Assembly: GCA_965209055.1 (NCBI GenBank)
Contig: OZ242374.1
Coordinates: 416,001 to 480,000, forward strand
Reading direction: 5' to 3'
Length of the DNA: 64,000 bases
DNA from: Acidobacteriota bacterium
GTDB lineage: Bacteria > Acidobacteriota > UBA6911 > RPQK01 > JAJDTT01
The translations under genes were made by a program, and so were the position numbers. Below the pieces are notes generated by a model. That model did not search any database, was not told the DNA's origin, and saw only the letters and a program-made list of their open reading frames with translations. Each line of letters opens with the position of its first letter. The first letter of the stretch is position 1. Positions 25,219 through 35,813 of the stretch are shown piece by piece.

Positions 25219-27054
25219 TCACTTGAGGTCCGAGCGAATCTTGGCGATGAGGTTCGGCAGGTAGATGCGGAACCGCCGGTCCATTCCGGGCAGCTCCTGG
25301 GGCAAGGCGAGGATTCGCTCGAACGCCGGGGCGGCGCGATCGTCCAGGTAGTCGAGAGCGTTCAGTGCGCTCATGGCGACGTGGAGGCCGTGCTTTTCCG
25401 TGTCGGCCAGCTCCACCAGCACGGCCAGGCCGCGTGTGGCGTCCGCATCGCTGCCATGGCGTCCGAGCGCTTCGCCGGCCGCGACGCGCACCGCCGGAGC
25501 CTCGTCCGATAGCGCTTCCCGGAGCGGTCCGGCCAGGGACCGGACCCCCTCCCGGCCTCGAATCAGGGCGCCCAGGGCCGCCCAGTAACGGACCGCGCCG
25601 TCAGAATCGTCGAAGCCGGCCCGGAGTTTGTCCTCGACGCCGTTCCGCATGAAGGTGGCCGACTCGGCCATGCCCATGATCCGCTCCAATGGATACCTCT
25701 TGGGATCGGCCCCCATGGTGTGGGGCGCGTCTGAGCCGGAACGTGTGTGGATGGCGTGCTCGGGCAGGAATCCCAGGTCGCGGATCGACAGCGACCACTG
25801 GCGGCGCGCGGTGCGCAGGCGATCCAGAACGGCCTTGTGCCCGGGACTGTTGGCGAGGTTCCTCGTCTCGTCGGGATCCTCGGACAGGTCGTAGAGTTCC
25901 TCGGCCGGCTTGGTCTCCCAGAAATGGGTGCGCGGGGGGCTCAGCTTGCCCTCGCGGTACAGCCGGTGCCACACGGCCGTCGTCGGCGTCCGGAACATGT
26001 ACTCGACGAACTGGCCGTAGATCCGGTGGGGCATGAAGTTTCGGATGTAGATATAGCGGTGGTTGCGAACGCTGCGGACCATGTCGTAGCGCTCGTCCAT
26101 GCGGCCGCGAAAGCCGTAGAGGTAGGGTTGCGGCGAAGCCTCGTATTCTCCCGCGAAGGCGTGGCCCTGGAAATGGGCCGGAGGTCGGATGCCGGCGAGG
26201 CTGAGCAACGTCGGCGCGAAGTCGATAAAGCCGACGAGTCGGTCGGTTTCCCCGCCCGGCGTGTAATCGGATGGCCGCAGGTGCCGGAACTTCTCGGGGA
26301 TGTAGAGGATCAGCGGCACGTGCAGACCGGAGTTGTAGGTCCAGCGCTTGCTGCGGGGCAGTCCGGAGCCGTGGTCCGCCCAGTAGAAGACGATGGTGTC
26401 CTCTTCCAGGCCTTCTTTTCTCAACTGCTCCAGCACCTTGCCGGCCAGACCATCCATCTCGGTGATCTTGTCGTGGTACTGGGCCCAGTCCTGCCGGGTT
26501 TCCGGGGTGTCGGGGTGGTAGGCGGGGACCCGCACCGCAGCGGGGTCGTGGACGGCCGCATGGGGCCGCTTTCGGATCTGGGACTCGTGGGTGACCGTGA
26601 GATTGAAAACCGAGAAGAACGGCTGGCCGGGCGCGCGCTTGCGCCAGTGCGCCTGCCGGCTCGACTCGTCCCAGACCTGGCCGGGTTTCTCCAGGTTGTA
26701 GTCCTCCTTGGAGTTGTTCGAGGTGTAGTAGCCGGCCTCCCGCAGGTACTGGGGGAACATCTTCATCGTCCGCGGCAGCCGCGTCGACGAGCGCATGTGC
26801 TGCGAGCCCGTGGACGGCGGGTACATGCCGCTGATGATGGTGGTGCGCGCCGGTGCGCAAACGGGAGCCGTGGACCAGGCGGTGCGGTAGATCATGCCGC
26901 GGGCGCCCAGGGCATCCAGGTTCGGGGTGTCGGCGCAGGAGTCGCCGTAGACCCCCAGGTGGGGGCCGTTGTCTTCCGAGCTGATCCAGAGGATGTTGGG
27001 GGCGTTCGCAAGGGCGGTGGTGAGCGATGCCGCGAGGACGAAGATAGCTCGCAT
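25219..27054 (-). CDS. Sulfatase with C-terminal HEAT repeats
   Basis: PNILWI..ED, CAPAR (CxPxR formylglycine motif), DHG, EELYDL..DP.E..NLA, followed by AVRYWA/AVRVAA HEAT repeats. Confidence 0.92.
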   Translation of the reverse strand: MRAIFVLAASLTTALANAPNILWISSEDNGPHLGVYGDSCADTPNLDALGARGMIYRTAWSTAPVCAPARTTIISGMYPPSTGSQHMRSSTRLPRTMKMFPQYLREAGYYTSNNSKEDYNLEKPGQVWDESSRQAHWRKRAPGQPFFSVFNLTVTHESQIRKRPHAAVHDPAAVRVPAYHPDTPETRQDWAQYHDKITEMDGLAGKVLEQLRKEGLEEDTIVFYWADHGSGLPRSKRWTYNSGLHVPLILYIPEKFRHLRPSDYTPGGETDRLVGFIDFAPTLLSLAGIRPPAHFQGHAFAGEYEASPQPYLYGFRGRMDERYDMVRSVRNHRYIYIRNFMPHRIYGQFVEYMFRTPTTAVWHRLYREGKLSPPRTHFWETKPAEELYDLSEDPDETRNLANSPGHKAVLDRLRTARRQWSLSIRDLGFLPEHAIHTRSGSDAPHTMGADPKRYPLERIMGMAESATFMRNGVEDKLRAGFDDSDGAVRYWAALGALIRGREGVRSLAGPLREALSDEAPAVRVAAGEALGRHGSDADATRGLAVLVELADTEKHGLHVAMSALNALDYLDDRAAPAFERILALPQELPGMDRRFRIYLPNLIAKIRSDLK

Positions 27055-27067
27055 CGGCTTGCTCCGG

Positions 27068-28885
27068 TCAACGTTCCGGAATGACCGGCAACAGGATGTG
27101 GGACGGGTGTTCGGCGTCGTGGTAGACGGTCTGATTGGCGATGACGATTTCCGTGTCGACGCCGAGCTTTCCGCCGTTGTTCAGGTTGCGGTCGAAACGC
27201 GGGAAGTTGCTGCTGGAGACCTCGACGCGGATCTTGTGGCCCTTGAGAAAGACGTTGCTGACGACGCCCACTTCGATGAAGAACTTGTAGATCTTCCCGG
27301 GTTGCAACAGTTTGGGGTTTTCGAATTGGCCAGGTGAAGGGACCCCGGCTCTGATGGCCGCGGGGTCCCGGTAACGGGCCCGGAGAATGCCGTCCCAGAG
27401 GTTCACCGCCTTGCCGTCCGGGTAGACGTCCAGCAGCTTGACGGTCCAGTCCGTGTCCCGAGCGGAGCTGCTGGCGTAGATGCTGGCCTGGATCGGGCCC
27501 GTCACCTCCAGCTCTTCCTCCAGGGCTTCGGTGCTGTAGACCAGCACGTCATCCCGGTGTTCCACGGGCCGGTGGTCCAGGGGCTCCACCTCGCCGTTGG
27601 GGTCCATCCCCAGGGTCGGGACCGGGTCCTCCGGATTGTAGGTGTACCGGTCGGGAGCTTCTCCGGGGGACGGTTTTCCCGTAGAGAGGGTCCCGTCGCC
27701 GAAGAGGGAATTGGCCCGTCCGCCGCTGCGGAGGTAGAAGGGAGTCCATTGGGTCTCCGGAAGAGGCCATTTTTCAGCGGTCCTCCAACGGTTCTTTCCC
27801 ATCATGAACAGTCTCAGAGGGGGTTCGTTCTCGACTCCGTTCTCGATTCCCTTCAGCCACCGGTCCATCCAGCGCAGGTAGAGCGCATAGAGGTCGATGA
27901 TGGAGTCGACTCCGAAATCGAGCACCCCGTACGCCTGCTTGGGCCGGTCGGTGTGGACCCAGGGGCCCACCACCACTTTCTGCAGGCGCTTGGCGCGTTC
28001 GGTGCCCTCTCGCTGAATCGCTTCGTAATTGGCGAACAGCGACTTGGCGTGCAGGTCGAGCCATCCGCTCACCTGCAGGATGGGGACGTCCATCTTGCGG
28101 AAGTGCCCATAGTTGCTGGCTTTCTTCCAGAACTCGTCATAGCTGGGGTGCTGAATCCAGTCGCGGTAGAACCCGATCGGTTTGCCCGTGGCCTCGACGT
28201 CGGCCGTCAGGATGGGCAGGTGCCGGAACAGCTTGTCCCAGTCGTACGGTTGCCGCGTCTGCTGGGTCCGACCGCGCACGCCGATGGACCAGGGGATGCC
28301 GATCTGCAGCAGGAAGGCCCCGCCGGTGTAGTTCATCCCGTACAGGTATTCGTCCGCCGGCCCCATTTGGGGGGCGATGGCCTTCAGGTAGGGGGAGCCG
28401 GTCTGGGCCGCCTTCCACTGGGTCAGCCCCATGTGGGACATCCCCATCATGCCCACGTTGCCGTCGGACCAGGACCGGGTCCCGCACCAGTCCAGCGTGT
28501 CGCGGCCGTCTTCGATCTCCACGATCCATCCGGACCACTTCCCGTCCGAATCGAAACGGCCCCGGCAGTCCTGGAGCACGTACACGTACCCGCGACGGGC
28601 GAAATACAGGGCCCGGTTGACGTACCAGTCGGAGCTGTTGCCGTACGGAGTCCGCTCCAGGATGACCGGCCACCGGCCTTCCTTCCCGGGGAGATAGACG
28701 TCCGCCGACAACGAAACACCGTCCCGCATGGGCACCCGGACGTCGATCAGCGTGGCGGGCGAGTGTTCCGGCGGCGAGAGCATGTCCTTCCAGGCCGAAC
28801 TCTCCGCCAGAGACGGCGAAATGAGTGTGGATTGCAGGCACATGACGAGAAGTCCTCGGGTCCAGCGGCGAGTCGATGGGATCAT
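27068..28885 (-). CDS. CocE/NonD family hydrolase
   Basis: Start MIPSTRR at 28885 (ATGA overlap with the upstream paralog). PMRDGV, RTPYG, GMSHMG, GPWVH, SSSNFPRFDRN. Confidence 0.92.
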   Translation of the reverse strand: MIPSTRRWTRGLLVMCLQSTLISPSLAESSAWKDMLSPPEHSPATLIDVRVPMRDGVSLSADVYLPGKEGRWPVILERTPYGNSSDWYVNRALYFARRGYVYVLQDCRGRFDSDGKWSGWIVEIEDGRDTLDWCGTRSWSDGNVGMMGMSHMGLTQWKAAQTGSPYLKAIAPQMGPADEYLYGMNYTGGAFLLQIGIPWSIGVRGRTQQTRQPYDWDKLFRHLPILTADVEATGKPIGFYRDWIQHPSYDEFWKKASNYGHFRKMDVPILQVSGWLDLHAKSLFANYEAIQREGTERAKRLQKVVVGPWVHTDRPKQAYGVLDFGVDSIIDLYALYLRWMDRWLKGIENGVENEPPLRLFMMGKNRWRTAEKWPLPETQWTPFYLRSGGRANSLFGDGTLSTGKPSPGEAPDRYTYNPEDPVPTLGMDPNGEVEPLDHRPVEHRDDVLVYSTEALEEELEVTGPIQASIYASSSARDTDWTVKLLDVYPDGKAVNLWDGILRARYRDPAAIRAGVPSPGQFENPKLLQPGKIYKFFIEVGVVSNVFLKGHKIRVEVSSSNFPRFDRNLNNGGKLGVDTEIVIANQTVYHDAEHPSHILLPVIPER

Positions 28886-30798
28886 GGACTCCCCTCCCGG
28901 ATCGGCAACTCGATGAAGGAGGCGTGTTCGCCCCCGTGGTGGATCGTGTTGTCGGCGATGCGCCACTGCCGGCTCAACGGGTCGCCGGTGTTCCGGTTGA
29001 TGTCGAAATTGGGAAAGCTGCTGCTGGAGATGTCCACCCGGATGCGATGTCCCGCCTTGAACAGGTTGGCCGCCGGCTGGACAGGAAGCCGGATCTCGTA
29101 CACTTGGCCCGGCTCCATCAACTCCGGCTTCTTGAAGCTGTTCCGGTACCGGGCGCGGATGATGCCGTCGGTGACGGGGAAGGCGTAGCCCGCCGGGTAG
29201 TCTTCGCTGGGCGGATAGACGTCGATGAGCTTGACGAAGAAGTCGGTGTCGGGAGCGTCCGACGACACGTAGAGGACGGCTCGGAGGTTGCCCGCCATGG
29301 TCACGTCCCCGGGCAGGGGAGGGGTCTGGAAGACCAGGACGTCGGGGCGGGAGGCGGTGGGGAGTCCGGGGATTCCATGGCCCGGGAGGGTCTCCATCTG
29401 AATCTGGTTGTAGGGCCCCATTCCCCGGAACCCGAGTTCCGACGCCGGTCCGTAGGCGATCTCGCAGCGGCCGTCGCTGTGGACCGTGTTGCGCGGATCG
29501 TAGGTGTAGGTGGTGGACTCGGACCCGCCGTCCGGTTCGGCCGCCGACAGAGTACCGTCGCCATGGAAGTAGTACTTCCTGGGAGAGGTGCCGGCGGCGG
29601 GCCATTGCTCGCCGGTCTGCCAGGTTCCTCCGTGGTTCAAACGGTCCTTTTCGCCGCGCCGCCCGTCGCCGCCGCCCATCACGAACACCTTCACCGGGTC
29701 GCCCAGCTCGGCGTTCCCGTCCCCCTTGAGCCAGCGGTTGAACCATTGCAGCTCGTAGTCGAGGAATTCCAGATCGTTGGGTGGAACGACGCCTGCCGCG
29801 GCGCCGTAGTTGGCGTCCCCATTGTAGGGATCCCAGTTGGCGTGGGTCCAGGGGCCGGCCACCAGGTACTGGTCGCGGCGGCCTCTCTTGAGCATCTCCC
29901 GGTAGCCGTCCACGATGGAGCGGGCGTAGACCTCGTACCACCCCGTGACCCACATGATGGGAATCTCCGGATAGTTGTCGAAGTATTCGTCCATGGCCAG
30001 GCTGGGCCGTTGCCAGAACTCGTTGTAGTCGTTGTTGTCGAAATAAAACTGGAAGGCGGCGTCCTCATAACGGGGAGCCACGCTCAACGGCGTCTGCCCG
30101 CGCCGCCACGGAATTCGCGACGCCCACCGCAGAAACCCCTTGGACGTCAGCATCGGCTTGATGGCTTCAACGATTGAGGGGTTCTCCTTGGCCTCCCAAC
30201 TGGTGGTGGCCATGTGCAGGTGCCACCGCAACAGGCCCAGAGTCCGGGTCCCGCCCACGTGCATGCTGTAGTAGTAGGCGTTGTTCGGTCCGGTGTGGGG
30301 GATCATGGTGGCCAGGCCGGGCGGGTTCAGCGTGGCCATCTGCAACTGCACCCAGCCCATGTAGGAGACCCCGTAGGTCCCCACCTTTCCGTTGCTGGAG
30401 GGATGGCGCGCCAGCCATTCCACCGTGTCGTATCCGTCCTCCGCCTCGTCCCGCATGGGAAAGAACTCGCCGCCCGACCGGAAGCGGCCCCGGCAGTCCT
30501 GAATGACCGACAGGTAGCCGTGGCTGGCGAAGAAGGTGGCCGGGTCCTTGTAGAACTCGTTCTCCTTGTCGTAGGGCGTCCGCTGCAGGACGACAGGGAA
30601 CTTTCCTTCCAGGGGGCGGCCGTCTTGGGCAGGCAGGTACAGGTCCGTCGCCAGTTCGACTCCGTCCCGCATCGGGATCTTGACATCCTTCAAGACGACG
30701 ACGTCCATGGATTTCCCCTCCGCCGCCGGTCCGGCGGCCGCAACGCTAAGGCAGGAGAATCCCGTTGCAAACAACAGAGTCCACGGCAAACTCCTCAT
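28882..30798 (-). CDS. CocE/NonD family hydrolase
   Basis: Start MRSLPW at 30798 (the longer ORF runs through REPs). PMRDGV, RTPYDK, GVSYMG, GPWTH, SSSSFPNFDIN. Confidence 0.92.
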   Translation of the reverse strand: MRSLPWTLLFATGFSCLSVAAAGPAAEGKSMDVVVLKDVKIPMRDGVELATDLYLPAQDGRPLEGKFPVVLQRTPYDKENEFYKDPATFFASHGYLSVIQDCRGRFRSGGEFFPMRDEAEDGYDTVEWLARHPSSNGKVGTYGVSYMGWVQLQMATLNPPGLATMIPHTGPNNAYYYSMHVGGTRTLGLLRWHLHMATTSWEAKENPSIVEAIKPMLTSKGFLRWASRIPWRRGQTPLSVAPRYEDAAFQFYFDNNDYNEFWQRPSLAMDEYFDNYPEIPIMWVTGWYEVYARSIVDGYREMLKRGRRDQYLVAGPWTHANWDPYNGDANYGAAAGVVPPNDLEFLDYELQWFNRWLKGDGNAELGDPVKVFVMGGGDGRRGEKDRLNHGGTWQTGEQWPAAGTSPRKYYFHGDGTLSAAEPDGGSESTTYTYDPRNTVHSDGRCEIAYGPASELGFRGMGPYNQIQMETLPGHGIPGLPTASRPDVLVFQTPPLPGDVTMAGNLRAVLYVSSDAPDTDFFVKLIDVYPPSEDYPAGYAFPVTDGIIRARYRNSFKKPELMEPGQVYEIRLPVQPAANLFKAGHRIRVDISSSSFPNFDINRNTGDPLSRQWRIADNTIHHGGEHASFIELPIREGSP

Positions 30799-30889
30799 GA
30801 GTGATCTCCCGTTCTCGTTGATTGACTGGGCTGGAAGCTGAGTGAGAATTTGCGGCTCAGAATATGGAGGGTGAGCCCCGATGTCAATT

Positions 30890-30970
30890 GGAGCGGGGGT
30901 TGTCAACCCCCGATTCGGAGCGGCGGTTTCCAACCGCCGAATCGGAACGGCGGTTTCCAGCCGCCGAATC
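30890..30970. repeat. Three tandem REP-like palindromes
   Basis: GGAGCGGGGGTTGTCAACCCCCG, GGAGCGGCGGTTTCCAACCGCCG and GGAACGGCGGTTTCCAGCCGCCG at a 27 bp period. Confidence 0.85.
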
Positions 30971-31059
30971 TTGCACAGGCTCAAGACGGTCCCCTCTTAT
31001 GCATTGGAACTGCCTTGCTATCACCAGAGAGGTCCATTCGCTATACTTTTCAACAACCC

Positions 31060-32637
31060 ATGAGTCCGGCAATTCCGGGACTTTGTTTCTTTATCTTTGC
31101 CGCTTCCGCCGCACTCGGCCAATCCGTCCGGGACGAGGAATCCGAGCAGCACTTCAGAAAGTGGCTGGACGAGGACGTCCGCTTCATCATCAATCCGGAG
31201 GAGAAGACCGTCTTCCGGGGCCTCTCCACGCCGGAGGAGAAGGAGCGGTTCATCGAGCAGTTCTGGCTGCGCCGGGACCCCGATCCCAAGACCTCCATCA
31301 ACGAGTTCAAGGAGGAGCACTACCGCCGCATCGCCTACGCCAACGAGCGCTTCAAGGCGGGACGCGACGGCTGGCTCACCGACCGGGGACGGATCTATAT
31401 CGTGTTCGGTCCGCCGGCCCACATCGAAATGCATCCCATGGGCGGACTTCACAACCGTTCGCTTTCCGAAGGGGGCGGATCCACCGTTACGTTCCCCTAC
31501 GAGGTCTGGACCTACCGTTACATCGAGGGCCTGGGAAACGACATCCTCTTCGAATTCGTCGACTCCGGCATGAGCGGCAACTACCGGCTCGCCCTCAGCC
31601 CGGACGAAAAGGACGCCCTGCTGATGACCGGCTACGGGCTGACCATGGAGGAGTTCTTCGGATCCAGGACGCGCCTCGACCGGGTCCGGCAGCAGGGGCT
31701 CCTGCGTCCTCTCGATCACACCAGTCTCGGCATCAACAAGAGCAACCTCCAACTCATCGAGGACTACTTCAAGGCCCTCACTCCCCCCAACATCAAGTAC
31801 AAGGACCTGCAGAAACTGGTGGGGACGCGCGTCCACTACGAGGAGTTGCCCATCGGCACCCGGGCCTCCATCGTCTGGGTCAACGCCGAGCAGTTCATGG
31901 TGCCGGCCACGCTCCAGGTCTGGAACCGCCTGCTGACCTATCAGCCGGAGAACGACATCCGCAGGGCGCGGGTCGAGATCTACGGCGCCGTTCATGACCT
32001 CCTGGGGAAGACCGTCTACGAGTTCGAAGACCAGGTCTACGTCGACGACACGGGTTACCGTCCCTTCGTGGAACAGGGGAAGTCCCTCTACCAGCACACG
32101 ATTCCCCTGAGGTCGGGGCGCTACAAGCTGGACTGGGTGGTCCGCGACGTTCACTCCGGAAAGATCGGTACTTCGGTCCATTCCATCGTGGTGCCGCCCA
32201 AGCCGGAGGCGGAGCTCTTCACCAGCACGCTGATCCTGGCCGACCGGATTCGAGTCCAGCAGGAGCCCGATCCGCTGGAGCCCTTCGCCACCCTTTCCGG
32301 ACTCAAGGTCTATCCCAACCTCCAGAAGAATACGTTCCCGGCCGGAGAGCGGGTCGGACTCTACTTCGAGATCTACAACTTCTCCGTCGACTCCGCCACC
32401 GGGGAAGCGGACCTGAGGATTCCGCTTCGCGTCCTGGACCGAAACGGACAGGTGGTCCAGGAGATCCGCCTGGATCACGTGGGCCTGACCTACCTGGGAG
32501 AACGGGCGTCGGCCTCGACCCATCTCTATATTGACGGCGTCGGGGAATACCGGGCCGAGATCTCCATTGAGGACCTGATCTCGGGCCGGAAGAAGGACAT
32601 GAGCGTCCGATTTCGAATCCAGGACAGTTCGGGTTGA
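31060..32637 (+). CDS. GWxTD domain-containing protein
   Basis: KWLDEDV..II, FIEQFW.RRDP, EEHYRRIAYAN, GWLTDRGRIYI. Confidence 0.92.
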   Translation: MSPAIPGLCFFIFAASAALGQSVRDEESEQHFRKWLDEDVRFIINPEEKTVFRGLSTPEEKERFIEQFWLRRDPDPKTSINEFKEEHYRRIAYANERFKAGRDGWLTDRGRIYIVFGPPAHIEMHPMGGLHNRSLSEGGGSTVTFPYEVWTYRYIEGLGNDILFEFVDSGMSGNYRLALSPDEKDALLMTGYGLTMEEFFGSRTRLDRVRQQGLLRPLDHTSLGINKSNLQLIEDYFKALTPPNIKYKDLQKLVGTRVHYEELPIGTRASIVWVNAEQFMVPATLQVWNRLLTYQPENDIRRARVEIYGAVHDLLGKTVYEFEDQVYVDDTGYRPFVEQGKSLYQHTIPLRSGRYKLDWVVRDVHSGKIGTSVHSIVVPPKPEAELFTSTLILADRIRVQQEPDPLEPFATLSGLKVYPNLQKNTFPAGERVGLYFEIYNFSVDSATGEADLRIPLRVLDRNGQVVQEIRLDHVGLTYLGERASASTHLYIDGVGEYRAEISIEDLISGRKKDMSVRFRIQDSSG

Positions 32638-35600
32638 AACCGGGACGGGCCGGGACGAGGCTGACGCAGGCCGTCCGGTTCGCCGCAGTCCTGGCCGCAG
32701 TTCTCACCGGCGGCTGCATCGACGCGGAACCTCCCTACTCTCCGGAAGCCGCTCTCCAATCCTTTCAACTGGCTCCGGGTTTCCGGATCGAGCTGGCGGC
32801 CGCCGAACCGCAAGTGGTGGATCCCGTCTCCATGGCGTTCGACGAGCGTGGCCGGCTGTTCGTCGTCGAGATGAGGGACTACCCGATCTCCGACAAGCCG
32901 CTCTCCAGGATCAAGCTGCTCGAGGACCGGGACGGCGACGGCCGGTTCGAGCACGCCAGCGTGTTCGTCGACGGGCTTCACATGGCCCATGGCGTATTGC
33001 CCTGGAAGGGCGGGATCCTGGTCGCCTGCGCCCCCGACATCCTCCATTTCACCGATACCGACGGCGACGGGCGGGCCGACCGGCGCAAGGTGATCCTGAC
33101 CGGATTCGCGCTGGTCAATCCACAGCTCCGCATCAACACGCCGCTCTATGAGATGGACAATTGGATCTACGCCGCCTATCCGAGATTCGGAGTCGGCCGG
33201 CGTTTCAAGCAGTTCAGCGATCAGGGCCAGCCGATCCATTTCCCCGGTCACCCTGAGGTCGCACCCGTCGATGTCTTCGAGCGGCGGTCCGATATTCGCT
33301 TCAAACCGGACAAGCTGCGGATCGAGCCGGTCACCGGCAATTCCGAGTTCGGTCAAGCCTTCAATGCCCGCGGCCACCGGTTCCCCTCCTGGAACAACAA
33401 TCACCTGAGACATTCCGTCATCGAAATTCGCTACCTGGACCGTAATCCTCATCTCCAGGTCGAGAATCCCATGCAGACCGTGTCCGACCACGGGCAGCCG
33501 GCCCCGGTCTACCCCATCACCGACGATCCGCACCTTCAGAACATTCGCCAGACCCGCCTGTTGAAGGAACTCGGCCACTTCACTTCCGCCTGCGGCCAGA
33601 GCATCTATGCGGGCGGCCGTTTCCCCGAGCCGTACGGCGGGGCCTATTTCATCGCGGAGCCGGCCCACAACCTGGTGCACAGCGATATTTTGTCGGCGAG
33701 GGGGGCGACCTACACCGGCGCCGGCGCCTTCGGAAAATCGGAGTTCCTGGCTTCCCGGGACAGTTGGTTCATGCCCGTCTTCACCACGACCGGTCCCGAC
33801 GGGGCCCTGTACGTGGCCGATTTTTACCGCAAGATCGTCGAGCACCCCGAATGGATTCGTGGGGACTTCGTCGACGATTACGAACTGTTTTACGCGGGTC
33901 AGGATCGCGGCCGGATCTACCGGATCGTCCACGGCCAGCCGGAGCCGGCCGAGGCGCCCCGGCTCGACCGGGCGGGCGCTGCGGAACTCGTCGGCCGGCT
34001 CTCCCATCCCAACCGGTGGTGGCGGCTCACGGCCCAGCGGCTCCTGGTCGAGCGCCAGGAGCCGTCGGCGATTCCCCGCCTGGTGGAGCTCGCCCGCGGC
34101 GGCGCCTCGACCCGGGGCCGAATGCATGCCCTCTGGACGCTGGAGGGGCTGGATGCCCTGGACGCCGGCCTGGTTTTGGCCGGTTTGGGAGACGAAAGCC
34201 CGGAGGTACGGGAGCAGGCGATCCGGATCGGTGAATCCTATCTTTCGGACCGCCGCGTCGTGGACCGGATGATGGAGATGACCGGGGACCCGGACGATCG
34301 GGTTCGTTTCCAGTTGGCCTGCACCCTGGGGGAACTTCCTGCCGGGGACTCCTTCGAACCGCTGCTGAAGATCGTCCATGACCACATGGAGGACCCCTGG
34401 TTTCAGGTCGCCGCGCTCAGCGCCGCCGGCGAACACACGGTCGGGTGGTTTCGCGCCGTGGTCGGGAACCGGGACTTCGCGTCCCGGGAGACGGAGGGCC
34501 GGCAGCTTTTCCTGCGCCGTCTGGGGGCCATGATCGGAGCCCGCCAGAAGGCTCGGGAGCTGACGGCGGTGCTGGCGACCGTGGGAAGGGCCGCAGCGGA
34601 CGCGGACCTGTGGTGGCCCGCTCCGAGCGTGGAAGGGCTGGCGGAGGGATTGAAGCGCGGGACCGAACCGGAAGTCGACCTTCCCCGCCAGGCACAGCGG
34701 ATCCTGTTGGAGCTGCTGTCCGGACCAAACCGGTTGGGATCGGCGGCCCTTGAGATGGCGGAAGGAGTCCGGCTGTCGAACACGCTCCAATTCCGGTCAT
34801 TGATACGGCAGGCTGCGGCGGTGGCCGCCGACGAGGAAGCCGGCTTGGATTCCCGGGTCCACGCCATCCGGTTGGCGGCCCTGGACCCCACGCGGGCGGA
34901 CTACGCGCTGTTGGCCGGGCTGCTGCAACCCAGCCAGCCGGAAGAGATTCAGATGGCGGCGACCCGCGCTCTGGTCGTCCTGCCCCATCCCAGATCGACC
35001 GATGTTCTTCTGGAAGCCTGGCGGTCGTTCACGGCTCCGCTCCGGAACGCGGCGCTGGACGGGTTGCTCAGGGAACCGGAGCGGGTGCCCAGCCTGCTGG
35101 ACGCCGTCGAGGCCGGGAGCGTCCAGCCGTGGACCATCCGGGGCGTCCGGCGGGGCCGCCTGTTTCGGATCTCGGAGGGGGAGACCCTGGAGCGCGCCAG
35201 GACTCTACTGCGGAGTTCTCCTCCCGACCTGAGGGTGCTGATGGACCAGTATGGCGCCGCCGCCCGCACCACCGGGGACGCCGCTTCAGGACGTGAGGTC
35301 TTCAAACGGAATTGCAGCCAGTGTCACAAGGTGGGCGAGACCGGATCGGAGGTCGGACCGGACCTGCTCAGCCTCTCCGGCCGCACCAAGTACGAATTCC
35401 TGGAAAACATCCTCGACCCCAACTCCAACATCGTCCCCGGCTATGAGGAGTACCTGGTCGAGACCAACGACGGACGCGCCCTGACGGGCGTGATGGCCAA
35501 CCAGGGACCGGCCACGGTCACCCTGAGGCGGAGCGAGGGAGAAGAGGACACGATCTCCCGAAGCCAGATCGCCAACCTCCGCTCGCTGGGAGTGTCGGCC

Positions 35601-35690
35601 ATGCCGGAGGGTGTCCAGGAGGACATCACCGTCCAGCAGATGACCGACCTTCTCGAGTACCTGACCCGCCTGGGGGCGGCGACTTTCTAG
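32634..35690 (+). CDS. PVC-type membrane-bound dehydrogenase domain / HEAT repeat / heme-binding CxxCH lipoprotein
   Basis: LTGGC lipobox, LAPGFRIEL.AAEP.VVDP, DRDGDG, GPDGALY, RGRIYRI, HEAT repeats, CSQCH, GPDL, SAMPEG. Confidence 0.9.
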   Translation: MKPGRAGTRLTQAVRFAAVLAAVLTGGCIDAEPPYSPEAALQSFQLAPGFRIELAAAEPQVVDPVSMAFDERGRLFVVEMRDYPISDKPLSRIKLLEDRDGDGRFEHASVFVDGLHMAHGVLPWKGGILVACAPDILHFTDTDGDGRADRRKVILTGFALVNPQLRINTPLYEMDNWIYAAYPRFGVGRRFKQFSDQGQPIHFPGHPEVAPVDVFERRSDIRFKPDKLRIEPVTGNSEFGQAFNARGHRFPSWNNNHLRHSVIEIRYLDRNPHLQVENPMQTVSDHGQPAPVYPITDDPHLQNIRQTRLLKELGHFTSACGQSIYAGGRFPEPYGGAYFIAEPAHNLVHSDILSARGATYTGAGAFGKSEFLASRDSWFMPVFTTTGPDGALYVADFYRKIVEHPEWIRGDFVDDYELFYAGQDRGRIYRIVHGQPEPAEAPRLDRAGAAELVGRLSHPNRWWRLTAQRLLVERQEPSAIPRLVELARGGASTRGRMHALWTLEGLDALDAGLVLAGLGDESPEVREQAIRIGESYLSDRRVVDRMMEMTGDPDDRVRFQLACTLGELPAGDSFEPLLKIVHDHMEDPWFQVAALSAAGEHTVGWFRAVVGNRDFASRETEGRQLFLRRLGAMIGARQKARELTAVLATVGRAAADADLWWPAPSVEGLAEGLKRGTEPEVDLPRQAQRILLELLSGPNRLGSAALEMAEGVRLSNTLQFRSLIRQAAAVAADEEAGLDSRVHAIRLAALDPTRADYALLAGLLQPSQPEEIQMAATRALVVLPHPRSTDVLLEAWRSFTAPLRNAALDGLLREPERVPSLLDAVEAGSVQPWTIRGVRRGRLFRISEGETLERARTLLRSSPPDLRVLMDQYGAAARTTGDAASGREVFKRNCSQCHKVGETGSEVGPDLLSLSGRTKYEFLENILDPNSNIVPGYEEYLVETNDGRALTGVMANQGPATVTLRRSEGEEDTISRSQIANLRSLGVSAMPEGVQEDITVQQMTDLLEYLTRLGAATF

Positions 35691-35729
35691 TCGCCGAACA
35701 GGAACGGCGGTTTCCTAACCGCCGAACTC
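35673..35729. repeat. Two REP-like palindromes, the first overlapping the stop codon
   Basis: GGGGCGGCGACTTTCTAGTCGCCG and GGAACGGCGGTTTCCTAACCGCCG. Confidence 0.7.
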
Positions 35730-35813
35730 CAGAGTAACAACCCACCGAACCCGCACCGGAAGACCGAAAAATCCCCTCCCACCCTTCCCCGCAAGAAAAG
35801 GGACCGACCAATT

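Noticed and set aside
27068-29953. 961-aa ORF as a single protein
   Set aside because: The N-terminal 355 aa are an off-frame read of the upstream CocE gene. The real start is ATG 28885.
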